Below, piece by piece: positions 1 through 13,400 of a DNA stretch of 64,000 bases (positions are counted from its first letter, which is position 1; every line of letters starts with the position of its first letter). The stretch lies in NCBI GenBank assembly GCA_964016885.1, contig OZ024743.1:136710001-136774000 (forward strand), written 5' to 3'. Source of the stretch: Eledone cirrhosa (taxonomy: Eukaryota). Under the pieces are notes generated by a model that searched no databases, had not been told where the DNA came from, and was given only the letters and a program-made list of their open reading frames with translations. A program made the translations under genes and the position numbers.

Positions 1-1855
1 TGTTTGGTGCTTGGTGTTTGGTGCTTGGTGCTTGGTGCTTGGTGCTTGGTGTTAGGTGTTTGGTGCTTGGTGCTTGGTGTTTGGTGCTTGGTGTTTGCTG
101 TTTGGTGTTTGGTGTTTGGTGTTTGGTGTTTGCTGTTTGGTGTTTGGTGCTTGGTGTTTGGTGTTTGGTGCTTGGTGCTTGGTGTTTGGTGCTTGGTGCT
201 TGGTGCTTGCTGCTTGGTGTTTGGTGCTTGGTGATTGATGCTTGGTGTTTGGTGCTTGGTGCTCAGTGTTTGGTTTTTGGTGCTAGGTGCTTGGTGCATG
301 GTGTTTGGTGCTTGGTGTTTGGTGTTTGGTGGTTGTTGCTTGGGGATTGGTGTTTGGTACTTGGTGCTTGGTGCTTGGTGTTTGGTGCTTGGTGCTTGGT
401 GTTTGGTGTTTGGTGCTTGGTGCTTGGTGTTTGGTGCTTGGTGCTTGGTGTTTGGTGTTTGGTGCTTGGTGCTTGGTGTTTGGTGCTTGGTGCTTGGTGC
501 TTGTTGTTTGGTGATTGGTGCTTGGTGCTTGGTGTTTGGTGTTTGGTGCTTGGGGCTTGGTGTTTGGTGCTGCGTGCTTGGTGCTTGGTGCTTGGTGCTT
601 GGTGCTTGGTGTTTTGTGTTTGGTGTTTGATGCTTGGTGCTTGGTGTTTGGTGTTTGGTGCTTGGTGTTTGGTGTTTGCTGTTTGCTGTTTGCTGTTTGG
701 TGTTTGCTGTTTGGTGTTTGGTGTTTGGTGTTTGCTGTTTGGTGTTTGCTGTTTGGTGTTTGGTGCTTGCTGTTTGGTGCTTGGTGTCTGGTGCTTGGTG
801 CTTGGTGTTTGGTGTTTGGTGTTTGGTGCTTGGTGCTTGGGGCTTGATTTGGTGCTTGGTGCTTGGTGCTTGGTGTTTGGTGTTTGGTGCTTGGTGTTTG
901 GTGCTTGGTGCTTGGTGCTTGGTGTTTGGTGCTTGGTGTTTGGTGCATGGTGCTTGGTGCTTGTTGTTTGTCGCTTGTTGCTTGGTGCTTGGTGTTTGGT
1001 GCTTGGTGCTTGGTGTTTGGTGTTTGGTGCTTGGTGCTTGGTGTTTGGTGTTTGGTGCTTGGTGTTTGGTGTTTGGTGCTTGGTGCTTGGTGTTTGTTGC
1101 TTGGTACTTGGTGCATGGTGTTTGGTGCTAGGTGCTTGGTGTTTGGTGCTTGGTGTTTGGTGCTTGGTGCTTGGTGTTTGGTGTTTGGTGTTTGATGCAT
1201 GGTGTTTTATGCTTGGTGCTTGGTGTTTGGTGCTTGGTGTTTGTACTTGGTGCTTGGTGCTTGGTGTTTTGTGCTTGGTTCTTGGTGCTTGGTGTTAGGT
1301 GTTTGGTGCTTGGTGCTTGGTGTTTGGTGTTTGGTCCTTGGTGCTTGGTGCTTGGTGTTTAGTGCTTGGTGCTTGGTGTTTGTTGTTTGGTGCTTTCTGC
1401 TTGCTGCTTGGTGTTTGCTGTTTGGTGCTTGGTGCTTGGTGTTTGGTGTTTGGTGCTAGGTGCTTGGTGTTTGGTGTTTGGTGTTTGATGCTTGGTGTTT
1501 GGTGTTTGGTGCTTGGTGCTTGGGGCTTGGTGTTTGGTGCTTGGTGCTTGGTGCTTGGTGTTTGGTGCTTGGTGCTTGGTGTTTGGTGTTTGGTGTTTGG
1601 TGCTTGGTGCTTGGTGTTTGGTGCTTGGTGCTTGGTGCTGGGTGGTTGGTATTTGGTGCTTGGTGCTTGGTGTTTGGTGCTTGGTGCTTGGTGCTTGGTG
1701 TTTGGTGCTTGGTGCTTGGTGCTTGGTCTTTGGTTCTTGGTGTTTGGTGTTTGGTGCTTGGTGCTTTGTGTTTGGTGCTTGGTGATTAGTGTTTGGTGCT
1801 TGGTGCTTGGGGTTTGGTGTTTGGTGCTTGGTACTTGGTGTTTGGTGCTTGGTGT

Positions 1856-2002
1856 TTGGTGTTTGCTGTTTGGTGTTTGGTGTTTGGTGTTTGCTGTTTG
1901 GTGTCTGCTTTTTGGTGTTTGGTGTTTGCTGTATGATGTTTGCTGTTTCGTGTTTGGTGTTTGCTGTTTGGTGTTTGGTGTTTGCTGTTTGGTGTTTGGT
2001 CT
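1856..2002 (+). repeat. Representative copy of the recurrent TTGCTGT/CTGCTTT variant island (about 45 copies in the window)
   Basis: Reads ttgctgt (ttggtgt)3 ttgctgt ttggtgt ctgcttt ttggtgt ttggtgt ttgctgt atgatgt ttgctgt ttcgtgt ... ttggtct. The CTGCTTT core recurs at about 1905, 3394, 5546, 7035, 9110, 11249 ... 62807 and 63639 (manual count). Confidence 0.9.
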
Positions 2003-4414
2003 TTGGTGCTTGGTGTTTGGTGCTTGGTGCTGGGTGTTTGGTGTTTGGTGCTTGGTGTTTGGTGTTTGGTGCTTGGTGCTTGGTGCTTGGTGTTTGCTGT
2101 TTGGTGTTTGGTGCTTGGTGTCTGGTGCTTGGTGTTTGGTGTTTGGTGTTTGGTGCTTGGTGTTTGGTGTTTGGTGTTTGGTGCTTGTTGCTTGGTGCTT
2201 GGTGCTTGGTGTTTGGTGCTTGGTGCTTGGTGTTTGGTGCTGGGTGCTTGGTGTTTGGTGTTTGGTGCTTGGTGCTTGGTGTTTGGTGTTTGGTGCTTGG
2301 TGCTTGGTGTTTGGTGTTTGGTGTTATATGCTTGGTGTTTGATGCTTGGTGCTTGGTGCTTGGTGTTTGGTGTTTGGTGCTTGGTGTTTTATGCTTGGTG
2401 TTTGATGTTTGGTGCTTGGTGCTTGGTGTTTGGTGCTTGGTGCTTGGTGTTTATACTTGGTGCTTGGTGCTTGGTTCTTGGTGTTTGGTGCTTGGTGCTT
2501 GGTGCTTGGTGCTTGGTGTTTGGTGCTTGGTGTTTGGTGCTTGGTGCCTGGTGCTTGGTGCTTGGTGCTTGGTGTTTGGTGCTTGGTGTTTGGTGCTTGG
2601 TATTAGGTATTTGGTGCTTGGTGCTTGGTGTTTGGTGTTTGGTGCTTGGTGTTTGGTGCTTGGTGCTTGGTGTTTGGTGTTTGGTGCTTGGTGTTTGGTG
2701 CTTGGTACTTGGTGCTTGGTGCTTGGTGTTAGGTGTTTGGTGCTTGGTGCTTGGTGTTTGGTTTTTGGTGCTTGGTGCTTGGTGTTTGGTGTTTGGTGCT
2801 TGCTGCTGGCTGCTTGGTGTTTGGTGCTTGGTGATTGGTGCTTGGTGTTTGGTGCTTGGTGTTTGGTGTTTGGTACTAGGTGCTTGGTGCTTGGTGTTTG
2901 GTGCTTGGTGCTTGGTGTTTGGTGTTTGGTGCTTGGTGCTTGGTGTTTGGTTCTTGGTGCTGGGTTCTGGGTGGTTGGTCTTTGGTGCTTGGTGTTTGCT
3001 GTATGTTATTTGCTGTTTGGTGTTTGGTGTTTGGTGTTTGGTGCTTGGTGCTTGGTGTTTGGTGCTTGGTGCTTGGTGTTTGGTGCCTGGTGCTTGGTGC
3101 TTGGTGTTTGGTGTTTGGTGCTTGGAGTTTGGTGTTTGGTGCTTGGTGCTTGGTGTTTTGTGTTTGGTGTTTGGTTTTTGGTGCTTGGTGCTTGGTGCTT
3201 GGTGCTTGGTCCTTGGTGTTTGGTGCTTGGTGCTTGGTGTTTGTACTTGGTGCTTGGTGCTTGGTGTTTGGTTCTTGGTTCTTGGTGTTTGGTACTTGGT
3301 GTTTGGTGCTTGGTGCTTGGTGTTTGATGCTTGGTGTTTGGTGTTTGCTGTTTGGTGTTTGGTGTTTGGTGTTTGGTGTTTGCTGTTTGGTGTCTGCTTT
3401 TTGGTGTTTGGTGTTTGCTGTATGGTGTTTGCTGTTTCGTGTTTGGTGTTTGCTGTTTGGTGTTTGGTGTTTGCTGTTTGGTGTTTGGTCTTTGGTGCTT
3501 GGTGTTTGGTGCTTGGTGCTTGGTGTTTGGTGTTTGGTGCTTGGTGCTTGGTGCTTGGTGTTTGGTGTTTGGTGCTTGGTGTCTGGAGCTTGGTGTTTGG
3601 TGTTTGGTGCTTGGTGTTTGGTGTTTGGTGCTTGGTGCTTGGTGTTTGGTGCTTGGTGCTTGGTGTTTGTACTTGGTGCTTGGTGCTTGGTGTTTGGTGC
3701 TTGGTTCTTGGTGTTTGGTGCTTGGTGTTTGGTGCTTGGTGCTTGGTGTTTGGTGCTTGGTGCTTGGTGCTTGGTGCTTGGTGTTAGGTGTTTGGTGCTT
3801 GGTGCTTGGTGTTTGGTGTTTGGTTCTTGGTGCTTGGTATTTGGTGCTTGGTGCTTGCTGCTTGGTGTTTGGTGCTTGGTGATTGATGCTTGGTGTTTGG
3901 TGCTTGGTGCTTGGTGTTTGGTTTTTGGTGCTAGGTGCTTGGTGCTTGGTGTTTGGTGCTTGGTGTTTGGTGTTTGGTGCTTGGTGCTTGGTGTTTGGTA
4001 CTTGGTGCTTGGTGCTTGGTGTTTGGTTCTTGGTGCTTGGTGTTTGGTGTTTGGTGTTTGGTGCTTGGTGCTTGGTGTTTGGTGCTTGGTGCTTGGTGCT
4101 GGGTGGTTGGTGTTTGGTGCTTGGTGCTTGGTGTTTGGTGCTAGGTGCATGGTGCTTGGTGTTTGGTGCTTGGTGCTTGGTGCTTGGTCTTTGGTGTTTG
4201 GTGTTTAGTGCTTGGTGCTTGGTGCTTGGTGCTTGGTGCTTGGTCCTTGGTGTTTGGTGCTTGGTGCTTGGTGTTTGGTGTTTGGTGCTTGGTGCTTGGT
4301 GCTTCGTGTTTGGTGTTTGGTGCTTGGTGTCTGGAGCTTGGTGTTTGGTGTTTGGTGCTTGGTGTTTGGTGTTTGGTGCTTGGTGCTTGGTGTTTGGTGC
4401 TTGGTGCTTGGTGT

Positions 4415-4622
4415 TTGTACTTGGTGCTTGGTGCTTGGTGTTTGGTGCTTGGTTCTTGGTGTTTGGTGCTTGGTGTTTGGAGCTTGGTGCTTGGTGTTTG
4501 GTGCTTGGTGCTTGGTGTTTGTACTTGGTGCTTGGTGCTTGCTGTTTGGGGATTGGTTCTTGGTGTTTGGTGCTTGGTGTTTGGAGCTTGGTGCTTGGTG
4601 TTTGGTGCTTGGTGCTTGGTGT
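4415..4622 (+). repeat. 104-bp (15-unit) sub-repeat dimer, TTGTAC...TTGGTTC...TTGGAGC
   Basis: TTGTAC lies at 4415 and 4519, an offset of 104 = 15x7-1. The same dimer occurs at 10167/10271, 18874/18978, 51973/52077 and elsewhere. Confidence 0.85.
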
Positions 4623-7499
4623 TTGGTGTTTGGTGCCTGGTGCTTGGTGTTTGGTGTTTGGTGCTTGGTGTTTGGTGTTTGGTGCTTGGTGCTTGGTGTT
4701 TGTTGCTTGGTACTTGGTGCATGGTGTTTGGTGCTGGGTGCTTGGTGTTTGGTGCTTGGTGTTTGGTGCTTGGTGCTTGGTGTTTGGTGTTTGGTGTTTG
4801 ATGCTTGGTGTTTTATGCTTGGTGCTTGGTGTTTGGTGCTTGGTGTTTGTACTTGGTGCTTGGTGCTTGGTGTTTTGTGCTTGGTTCTTGGGGTTTGGTG
4901 TTTGGTGCTTGGTACTTGGTGCTTGGTGTTAGGTGTTTGGTGCTTGGTGCTTGGTGTTTGGTGTTTGGTCCTTGGTGCTTGGTGCTTGGTGTTTAGTGCT
5001 TGGTGCTTGGTGTTTGTTGTTTGGTGCTTTCTGTTTACTGCTTGGCGTTTGCTGCTTGGTGCTTGGTGCTTGGTGTTTGGTGTTTGGTGCTAGGTGCTTG
5101 GTGTTTGGTGTTTGGTGTTTGATGCTTGGTGTTTGGTGCTTGGTGTTTGGTGCTTGGTGCTTGGGGCTTGGTGTTTGGTGCTTGGTGCTTGGTGCTTGGT
5201 GTTTGGTGCTTGGTGCTTGGTGTTTGGTGTTTGGTGTTTGGTGCTTGGTGCTTGGTGTTTGGTGCTTGGTGCTTGGTGCTGGGTGGTTGGTATTTGGTGC
5301 TTGGTGCTTGGTGTTTGGTGCTTGGTGCTTGGTGCTTGGTGTTTGGTGCTTGGTGCTTGGTGCTTGGTCTTTGGTTCTTGGTGTTTGGTGTTTGGTGCTT
5401 GGTGCTTTGTGTTTGGTGCTTGGTGATTAGTGTTTGGTGCTTGGTGCTTGGGGTTAGGTGTTTGGTGCTTGGTACTTGGTGTTTGGTGCTTGGTGTTTGG
5501 TGTTTGCTGTTTGGTGTTTGGTGTTTGGTGTTTGCTGTTTGGTGTCTGCTTTTTGGTGTTTGGTGTTTGCTGTATGATGTTTGTTGTTTCGTGTTTGGTG
5601 TTTGCTGTTTGGTGTTTGGTGTTTGCTGTTTGGTGTTTGGTCTTTGGTGCTTGGTGTTTGGTGCTTGGTGCTGGGTGTTTGGTGTTTGGTGCTTGGTGTT
5701 TGGTGTTTGGTGCTTGGTGCTTGGTGCTTGGTGTTTGCTGTTTGGTGTTTGGTGCTTGGTGTCTGGTGCTTGGTGTTTGGTGTTTGGTGTTTGGTGCTTG
5801 GTGTTTGGTGTTTGGTGTTTGGTGCTTGTTGCTTGGTGCTTGGTGCTTGGTGTTTGGTGCTTGGTGCTTGGTGTTTGGTGCTGGGTGCTTGGTGTTTGGT
5901 GTTTGGTGCTTGGTGCTTGGTGTTTGGTGTTTGGTGCTTGGTGCTTGGTGTTTGGTGTTTGGTGTTATATGCTTGGTGTTTGATGCTTGGTGCTTGGTGC
6001 TTGGTGTTTGGTGTTTGGTGCTTGGTGTTTTATGCTTGGTGTTTGATGTTTGGTGCTTGGTGCTTGGTGTTTGGTGCTTGGTGCTTGGTGTTTATACTTG
6101 GTGCTTGGTGCTTGGTTCTTGGTGTTTGGTGCTTGGTGCTTGGTGCTTGGTGCTTGGTGTTTGGTGCTTGGTGTTTGGTGCTTGGTGCCTGGTGCTTGGT
6201 GCTTGGTGCTTGGTGTTTGGTGCTTGGTGTTTGGTGCTTGGTATTAGGTATTTGGTGCTTGGTGCTTGGTGTTTGGTGTTTGGTGCTTGGTGTTTGGTGC
6301 TTGGTGCTTGGTGTTTGGTGTTTGGTGCTTGGTGTTTGGTGCTTGGTACTTGGTGCTTGGTGCTTGGTGTTAGGTGTTTGGTGCTTGGTGCTTGGTGTTT
6401 GGTTTTTGGTGCTTGGTGCTTGGTGTTTGGTGTTTGGTGCTTGCTGCTGGCTGCTTGGTGTTTGGTGCTTGGTGATTGGTGCTTGGTGTTTGGTGCTTGG
6501 TGTTTGGTGTTTGGTACTAGGTGCTTGGTGCTTGGTGTTTGGTGCTTGGTGCTTGGTGTTTGGTGTTTGGTGCTTGGTGCTTGGTGTTTGGTTCTTGGTG
6601 CTGGGTTCTGGGTGGTTGGTCTTTGGTGCTTGGTGTTTGCTGTATGTTATTTGCTGTTTGGTGTTTGGTGTTTGGTGTTTGGTGCTTGGTGCTTGGTGTT
6701 TGGTGCTTGGTGCTTGGTGTTTGGTGCCTGGTGCTTGGTGCTTGGTGTTTGGTGTTTGGTGCTTGGAGTTTGGTGTTTGGTGCTTGGTGCTTGGTGTTTT
6801 GTGTTTGGTGTTTGGTTTTTGGTGCTTGGTGCTTGGTGCTTGGTGCTTGGTCCTTGGTGTTTGGTGCTTGGTGCTTGGTGTTTGTACTTGGTGCTTGGTG
6901 CTTGGTGTTTGGTTCTTGGTTCTTGGTGTTTGGTACTTGGTGTTTGGTGCTTGGTGCTTGGTGTTTGATGCTTGGTGTTTGGTGTTTGCTGTTTGGTGTT
7001 TGGTGTTTGGTGTTTGGTGTTTGCTGTTTGGTGTCTGCTTTTTGGTGTTTGGTGTTTGCTGTATGGTGTTTGCTGTTTCGTGTTTGGTGTTTGCTGTTTG
7101 GTGTTTGGTGTTTGCTGTTTGGTGTTTGGTCTTTGGTGCTTGGTGTTTGGTGCTTGGTGCTTGGTGTTTGGTGTTTGGTGCTTGGTGCTTGGTGCTTCGT
7201 GTTTGGTGTTTGGTGCTTGGTGTCTGGAGCTTGGTGTTTGGTGTTTGGTGCTTGGTGTTTGGTGTTTGGTGCTTGGTGCTTGGTGTTTGGTGCTTGGTGC
7301 TTGGTGTTTGTACTTGGTGCTTGGTGCTTGGTGTTTGGTGCTTGGTTCTTGGTGTTTGGTGCTTGGTGTTTGGTGCTTGGTGCTTGGTGTTTGGTGCTTG
7401 GTGCTTGGTGCTTGGTGCTTGGTGTTAGGTGTTTGGTGCTTGGTGCTTGGTGTTTGGTGTTTGGTTCTTGGTGCTTGGTATTTGGTGCTTGGTGCTTGC

Positions 7500-10400
7500 T
7501 GCTTGGTGTTTGGTGCTTGGTGATTGATGCTTGGTGTTTGGTGCTTGGTGCTTGGTGTTTGGTTTTTGGTGCTAGGTGCTTGGTGCTTGGTGTTTGGTGC
7601 TTGGTGTTTGGTGTTTGGTGCTTGGTGCTTGGTGTTTGGTACTTGGTGCTTGGTGCTTGGTGTTTGGTGCTTGGTGCTTGGTGTTTGGTGTTTGGTGTTT
7701 GGTGCTTGGTGCTTGGTGTTTGGTGCTTGGTGCTTGGTGCTGGGTGGTTGGTGTTTGGTGCTTGGTGCTTGGTGTTTGGTGCTAGGTGCATGGTGCTTGG
7801 TGTTTGGTGCTTGGTGCTTGGTGCTTGGTCTTTGGTGTTTGGTGTTTAGTGCTTGGTGCTTGGTGCTTGGTGCTTGGTGCTTGGTGCTTGGTGCTTCGTG
7901 TTTGGTGTTTGGTGCTTGGTGTCTGGAGCTTGGTGTTTGGTGTTTGGTGCTTGGTGTTTGGTGTTTGGTGCTTGGTGCTTGGTGTTTGGTGCTTGGTGCT
8001 TGGTGTTTGTACTTGGTGCTTGGTGCTTGGTGTTTGGTGCTTGGTTCTTGGTGTTTGGTGCTTGGTGTTTGGAGCTTGGTGCTTGGTGTTTGGTGCTTGG
8101 TGCTTGGTGTTTGTACTTGGTGCTTGGTGCTTGCTGTTTGGGGCTTGGTTCTTGGTGTTTGGTGCTTGGTGTTTGGAGCTTGGTGCTTGGTGTTTGGTGC
8201 TTGGTGCTTGGTGTTTGGTGTTTGGTGCCTGGTGCTTGGTGTTTGGTGTTTGGTGCTTGGTGTTTGGTGTTTGGTGCTTGGTGCTTGGTGTTTGTTGCTT
8301 GGTACTTGGTGCATGGTGTTTGGTGCTGGGTGCTTGGTGTTTGGTGCTTGGTGTTTGGTGCTTGGTGCTTGGTGTTTGGTGTTTGGTGTTTGATGCTTGG
8401 TGTTTTATGCTTGGTGCTTGGTGTTTGGTGCTTGGTGTTTGTACTTGGTGCTTGGTGCTTGGTGTTTTGTGCTTGGTTCTTGGGGTTTGGTGTTTGGTGC
8501 TTGGTACTTGGTGCTTGGTGTTAGGTGTTTGGTGCTTGGTGCTTGGTGTTTGGTGTTTGGTCCTTGGTGCTTGGTGCTTGGTGTTTAGTGCTTGGTGCTT
8601 GGTGTTTGTTGTTTGGTGCTTTCTGTTTACTGCTTGGTGTTTGCTGCTTGGTGCTTGGTGCTTGGTGTTTGGTGTTTGGTGCTAGGTGCTTGGTGTTTGG
8701 TGTTTGGTGTTTGATGCTTGGTGTTTGGTGCTTGGTGTTTGGTGCTTGGTGCTTGGGGCTTGGTGTTTGGTGCTTGGTGCTTGGTGCTTGGTGTTTGGTG
8801 CTTGGTGCTTGGTGTTTGGTGTTTGGTGTTTGGTGCTTGGTGCTTGGTGTTTGGTGCTTGGTGCTTGGTGCTGGGTGGTTGGTATTTGGTGCTTGGTGCT
8901 TGGTGTTTGGTGCTTGGTGCTTGGTGCTTGGTGTTTGGTGCTTGGTGCTTGGTGCTTGGTCTTTGGTGCTTGGTGTTTGGTGTTTGGTGCTTGGTGCTTT
9001 GTGTTTGGTGCTTGGTGATTAGTGTTTGGTGCTTGGTACTTGGTGTTTGGTGCTTGGTGTTAGGTGTTTGCTGTTTGGTGTTTGGTGTTTGGTGTTTGCT
9101 GTTTGGTGTCTGCTTTTTGGTGTTTGGTGTTTGCTGTATGGTGTTTGCTGTTTCGTGTTTGGTGTTTGCTGTTTGGTGTTTGGTGTTTGCTGTTTGGTGT
9201 TTGGTCTTTGGTGCTTGGTGTTTGGTGCTTGGTGCTTGGTGTTTGGTGTTTGGTGCTTGGTGTTTGGTGTTTGGTGCTTGGTGCTTGGTGCTTGGTGTTT
9301 GGTGCTTGGTGTCTGGTGCTTGGTGTCTGGTGCTTGGTGTTTGGTGTTTGGTGTTTGGTGCTTGGTGTTTGGTGTTTGGTGTTTGGTGTTTGGTGCTTGT
9401 TGCTTGGTGCTTGGTGCTTGGTGTTTGGTGCTTGGTGCTTGGTGTTTGGTGCTGGGTGCTTGGTGTTTGGTGCTTGGTGCTTGGTGTTTGGTGTTTGGTG
9501 CTTGGTGCTTGGTGTTTGGTGTTTGGTGTTATATGCTTGGTGTTTGGTGCTTGGTGCTTGGTGTTTGGTGTTTGGTTCTTGATGCTTGGTATTTGGTGCT
9601 TGGTGCTTGGTGCTTGGTGTTTGGTGCTTGGTGATTGATGCTTGGTGTTTGGTGCTTGGTGCTTGGTGTTTGGTTTTTGGTGCTAGGTGCTTGGTGCTTG
9701 GTGTTTGGTGCTTGGTGTTTGGTGTTTGGTGCTTGGTGCTTGGTGTTTGGTACTTGGTGCTTGGTGCTTGCTGTTTGGTGCTTGGTGCTTGGTGTTTGGT
9801 GTTTGGTGTTTGGTGCTTGGTGCTTGGTGTTTGGTGCTTGGTGCTTGGTGCTGGGTGGTTGGTGTTTGGTGCTTGGTGCTTGGTGTTTCGTGCTAGGTGC
9901 ATGGTGCTTGGTGTTTGGTGCTTGGTGCTTGGTGCTTGGTCTTTGGTGTTTGGTGTTTATTGCTTGGTGCTTGGTGCTTGGTTCTTGGTGCTTGGTCCTT
10001 GGTGTTTGGTGCTTGGTGCTTGGTGTTTGGTGTTTGGTGCTTGGTGCTTGGTGCTTCGTGTTTGGTGTTTGGTGCTTGGTGTCTGGAGCTTGGTGTTTGG
10101 TGTTTGGTGCTTGGTGTTTGGTGTTTGGTGCTTGGTGCTTGGTGTTTGGTGCTTGGTGCTTGGTGTTTGTACTTGGTGCTTGGTGCTTGGTGTTTGGTGC
10201 TTGGTTCTTGGTGTTTGGTGCTTGGTGTTTGGAGCTTGGTGCTTGGTGTTTGGTGCTTGGTGCTTGGTGTTTGTACTTGGTGCTTGGTGCTTGGTGTTTG
10301 GTGCTTGGTTCTTGGTGTTTGGTGCTTGGTGTTTGGAGCTTGGTGCTTGGTGTTTGGTGCTTGGTGCTTGGTGTTTGGTGTTTGGTGCTTGGTGCTTGGT

Positions 10401-13400
10401 GTTTGGTGTTTGGTGCTTAGTGTTTGGTGTTTGGTGCTTGGTGCTTGGTGTTTGTTGCTTGGTACTTGGTGCATGGTGTTTGGTGCTGGGTGCTTGGTGT
10501 TTGGTGCTTGGTGTTTGGTGCTTGGTGCTTGGTGTTTGGTGTTTGGTGTTTGATGCTTGGTGTTTTATGCTTGGTGCTTGGTGTTTGGTGCTTGGTGTTT
10601 GTACTTGGTGCTTGGTGCTTAGTGTTTTGTGCTTGGTTCTTGGTGTTTGGTGTTTGGTGCTTTGTACTTGGTGCTTGGTGTTAGGTGTTTGGTGCTTGGT
10701 GCTTGGTGTTTGGTGTTTGGTCCTTGGTGCTTGGTGCTTGGTGTTTAGTGCTTGGTGCTTGGTGTTTGTTGTTTGGTGCTTTCTGTTTGCTGCTTGGTGT
10801 TTGCTGCTTGGTGCTTGGTGCTTGGTGTTTGGTGTTTGGTGCTAGGTGCTTGGTGTTTGGTGTTTGGTGTTTGATGCTTGGTGTTTGGTGCTTGGTGTTT
10901 GGTGCTTGGTGCTTGGGGCTTGGTGTTTGGTGCTTGGTGCTTGGTGCTTGGTGTTTGGTGCTTGGTGCTTGGTGTTTGGTGTTTGGTGTTTGGTGCTTGG
11001 TGCTTGGTGTTTGGTGCTTGGTGCTTGGTGCTGGGTGGTTGGTATTTGGTGATTGGTGCTTGGTGCTTGGTGTTTGGTGCTTGGTGCTTGGTGCTTGGTC
11101 TTTGGTGCTTGGTGTTTGGTGTTTGGTGCTTGGTGCTTTGTGTTTGGTGCTTGGTGATTAGTGTTTGGTGCTTGGTACTTGGTGTTTGGTGCTTGGTGTT
11201 TGGTGTTTGCTGTTTGGTGTTTGGTGTTTGGTGTTTGCTGTTTGGTGTCTGCTTTTTGGTGTTTGGTGTTTGCTGTATGGTGTTTGCTGTTTCGTGTTTG
11301 GTGTTTGCTATTTGGTGTTTGGTGTTTGCTGTTTGGTGTTTGGTCTTTGGTGCTTGGTGTTTGGTGCTTGGTGCTTGGTGTTTGGTGTTTGGTGCTTGGT
11401 GCTTGGTGCTTGGTGTTTGGTGCTTGGTGTCTGGTGCTTGGTGTCTGGTGCTTGGTGTTTGGTGTTTGGTGTTTGGTGCTTGGTGTTTGGTGTTTGGTGT
11501 TTGGTGTTTGGTGCTTGTTGCTTGGTGCTTGGTGCTTGGTGTTTGGTGCTTGGTGCTTGGTGTTTGGTGCTGGGTGCTTGGTGTTTGGTGCTTGGTGCTT
11601 GGTTCTTGGTGTTTGGTGTTTGGTGTTTGGTGTTATATGCTTGGTGTTTGATGCTTGGTGCTTGGTGCTTGGTGTTTGGTGTTTGGTCCTTGGTGTTTTA
11701 TGCTTGGTGTTTGATGTTTGGTGCTTGGTGCTTGGTGTTTGGTGCTTGGTGCTTGGTGTTTGTACTTGGTGCTTGGTGCTTGGTTCTTGGTGTTTGGTGC
11801 TTGGTGCTTGGTGTTTGGTGTTTCCTGTTTGCTGTTTGGTGTTTGGTGTTTGGTGTTTGCTGTTTGGTGTCTGCTTTTTGGTGTTTGGTGTTTGCTGTAT
11901 GTTATTTGCTGTTTGGTGTTTGGTGTTTGGTGTTTGGTGCTTGGTGCTTGGTGTTTGGTGCTTGGTGCTTGGTGTTTGGTGCCTGGTGCTTGGGGCTTGG
12001 TGTTTGGTGTTTGGTGCTTGGTGCTTGGAGTTTGGTGTTTGGTGCTTGGTGCTTGGTGTTTTGTGTTTGGTGTTTGGTTTTTGGTGCTTGGTGCTTGGTG
12101 CTTGGTGCTTGGTCCTTGGTGTTTGGTGCTTGGTGCTTGGTGTTTGTACTTGGTGCTTGGTGCTTGGTGTTTGGTTCTTGGTTCTTGGTGTTTGGTACTT
12201 GGTGCTTGGTGCTTGGTGTTTGGTGCTTGGTGCTTGGTGTTTGGTGTTTGGTGTTTGGTGCTTGGTGCTTGGTGTTTGGTGCTTGGTGCTTGGTGCTGGG
12301 TGGTTGGTATTTGGTGCTTGGTGCTTGGTGTTTGGTGCTTGGTGCTTGGTGCTTGGTGTTTGGTGCTTGGTGCTTGGTGCTTGGTCTTTGGTGCTTGGTG
12401 TTTGGTGTTTGGTGCTTGGTGCTTTGTGTTTGGTGCTTGTTGATTAGTGTTTGGTGCTTGGTGCTTGGGGTTTGGTGTTTGGTGCTTGGTACTTGGTGTT
12501 TGGTGCTTGGTGTTTGGTGTTTGCTGTTTGGTGTTTGGTGTTTGGTGTTTGCTGTTTGGTGTCTGCTTTTTGGTGTTTGGTGTTTGCTGTATGATGTTTG
12601 CTGTTTCGTGTTTGGTGTTTGCTGTTTGGTGTTTGGTGTTTGCTGTTTGGTGTTTGGTCTTTGGTGCTTGGTGTTTGGTGCTTGGTGCTGGGTGTTTGGT
12701 GTTTGGTGCTTGCTGTTTGGTGTTTGGTGCTTGGTGTCTGGTGCTTGGTGTTTGGTGTTTGGTGTTTGGTGCTTGGTGTTTGGTGTTTGGTGTTTGGTGC
12801 TTGTTGCTTGGTGCTTGGTGCTTGGTGTTTGGTGCTTGGTGCTTGGTGTTTGGTGCTGGGTGCTTGGTGTTTGGTGCTTGGTGCTTGGTGCTTGGTGTTT
12901 GGTGTTTGGTGCTTGGTGCTTGGTGTTTGGTGTTTGGTGTTATATGCTTGGTGTTTGATGCTTGGTGCTTGGTGCTTGGTGTTTGGTGTTTGGTGCTTGG
13001 TGTTTTATGCTTGGTGTTTGATGTTTGGTGCTTGGTGCTTGGTGTTTGGTGCTTGGTGCTTGGTGTTTATACTTGGTGCTTGGTGCTTGGTTCTTGGTGT
13101 TTGGTGCTTGGTGCTTGGTGCTTGGTGCTTGGTGTTTGGTGCTTGGTGTTTGGTGCTTGGTGCCTGGTGCTTGGTGCTTGGTGCTTGGTGTTTGGTGCTT
13201 GGTGTTTGGTGCTTGGTATTAGGTATTTGGTGCTTGGTGCTTGGTGTTTGGTGTTTGGTGCTTGGTGTTTGGTGCTTGGTGCTTGGTGTTTGGTGTTTGG
13301 TGCTTGGTGTTTGGTGCTTGGTACTTGGTGCTTGGTGCTTGGTGTTAGGTGTTTGGTGCTTGGTGCTTGGTGTTTGGTTTTTGGTGCTTGGTGCTTGGTG

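Larger units (their letters stand above)
1050..9030 (+). repeat. Higher-order tandem duplication, period about 3.6 kb (about 2.2 copies)
   Basis: Matching ORFs are offset by 3641 bp (1789/5430, 1940/5581, 2409/6050, 2876/6517, 3331/6972, 3935/7576). The offset is 3592 after a 49-bp (7-unit) loss (4805/8397, 4933/8525, 5094/8686) and 3634 at the left (1299/4933, 1460/5094). Boundaries are approximate. Confidence 0.9.
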
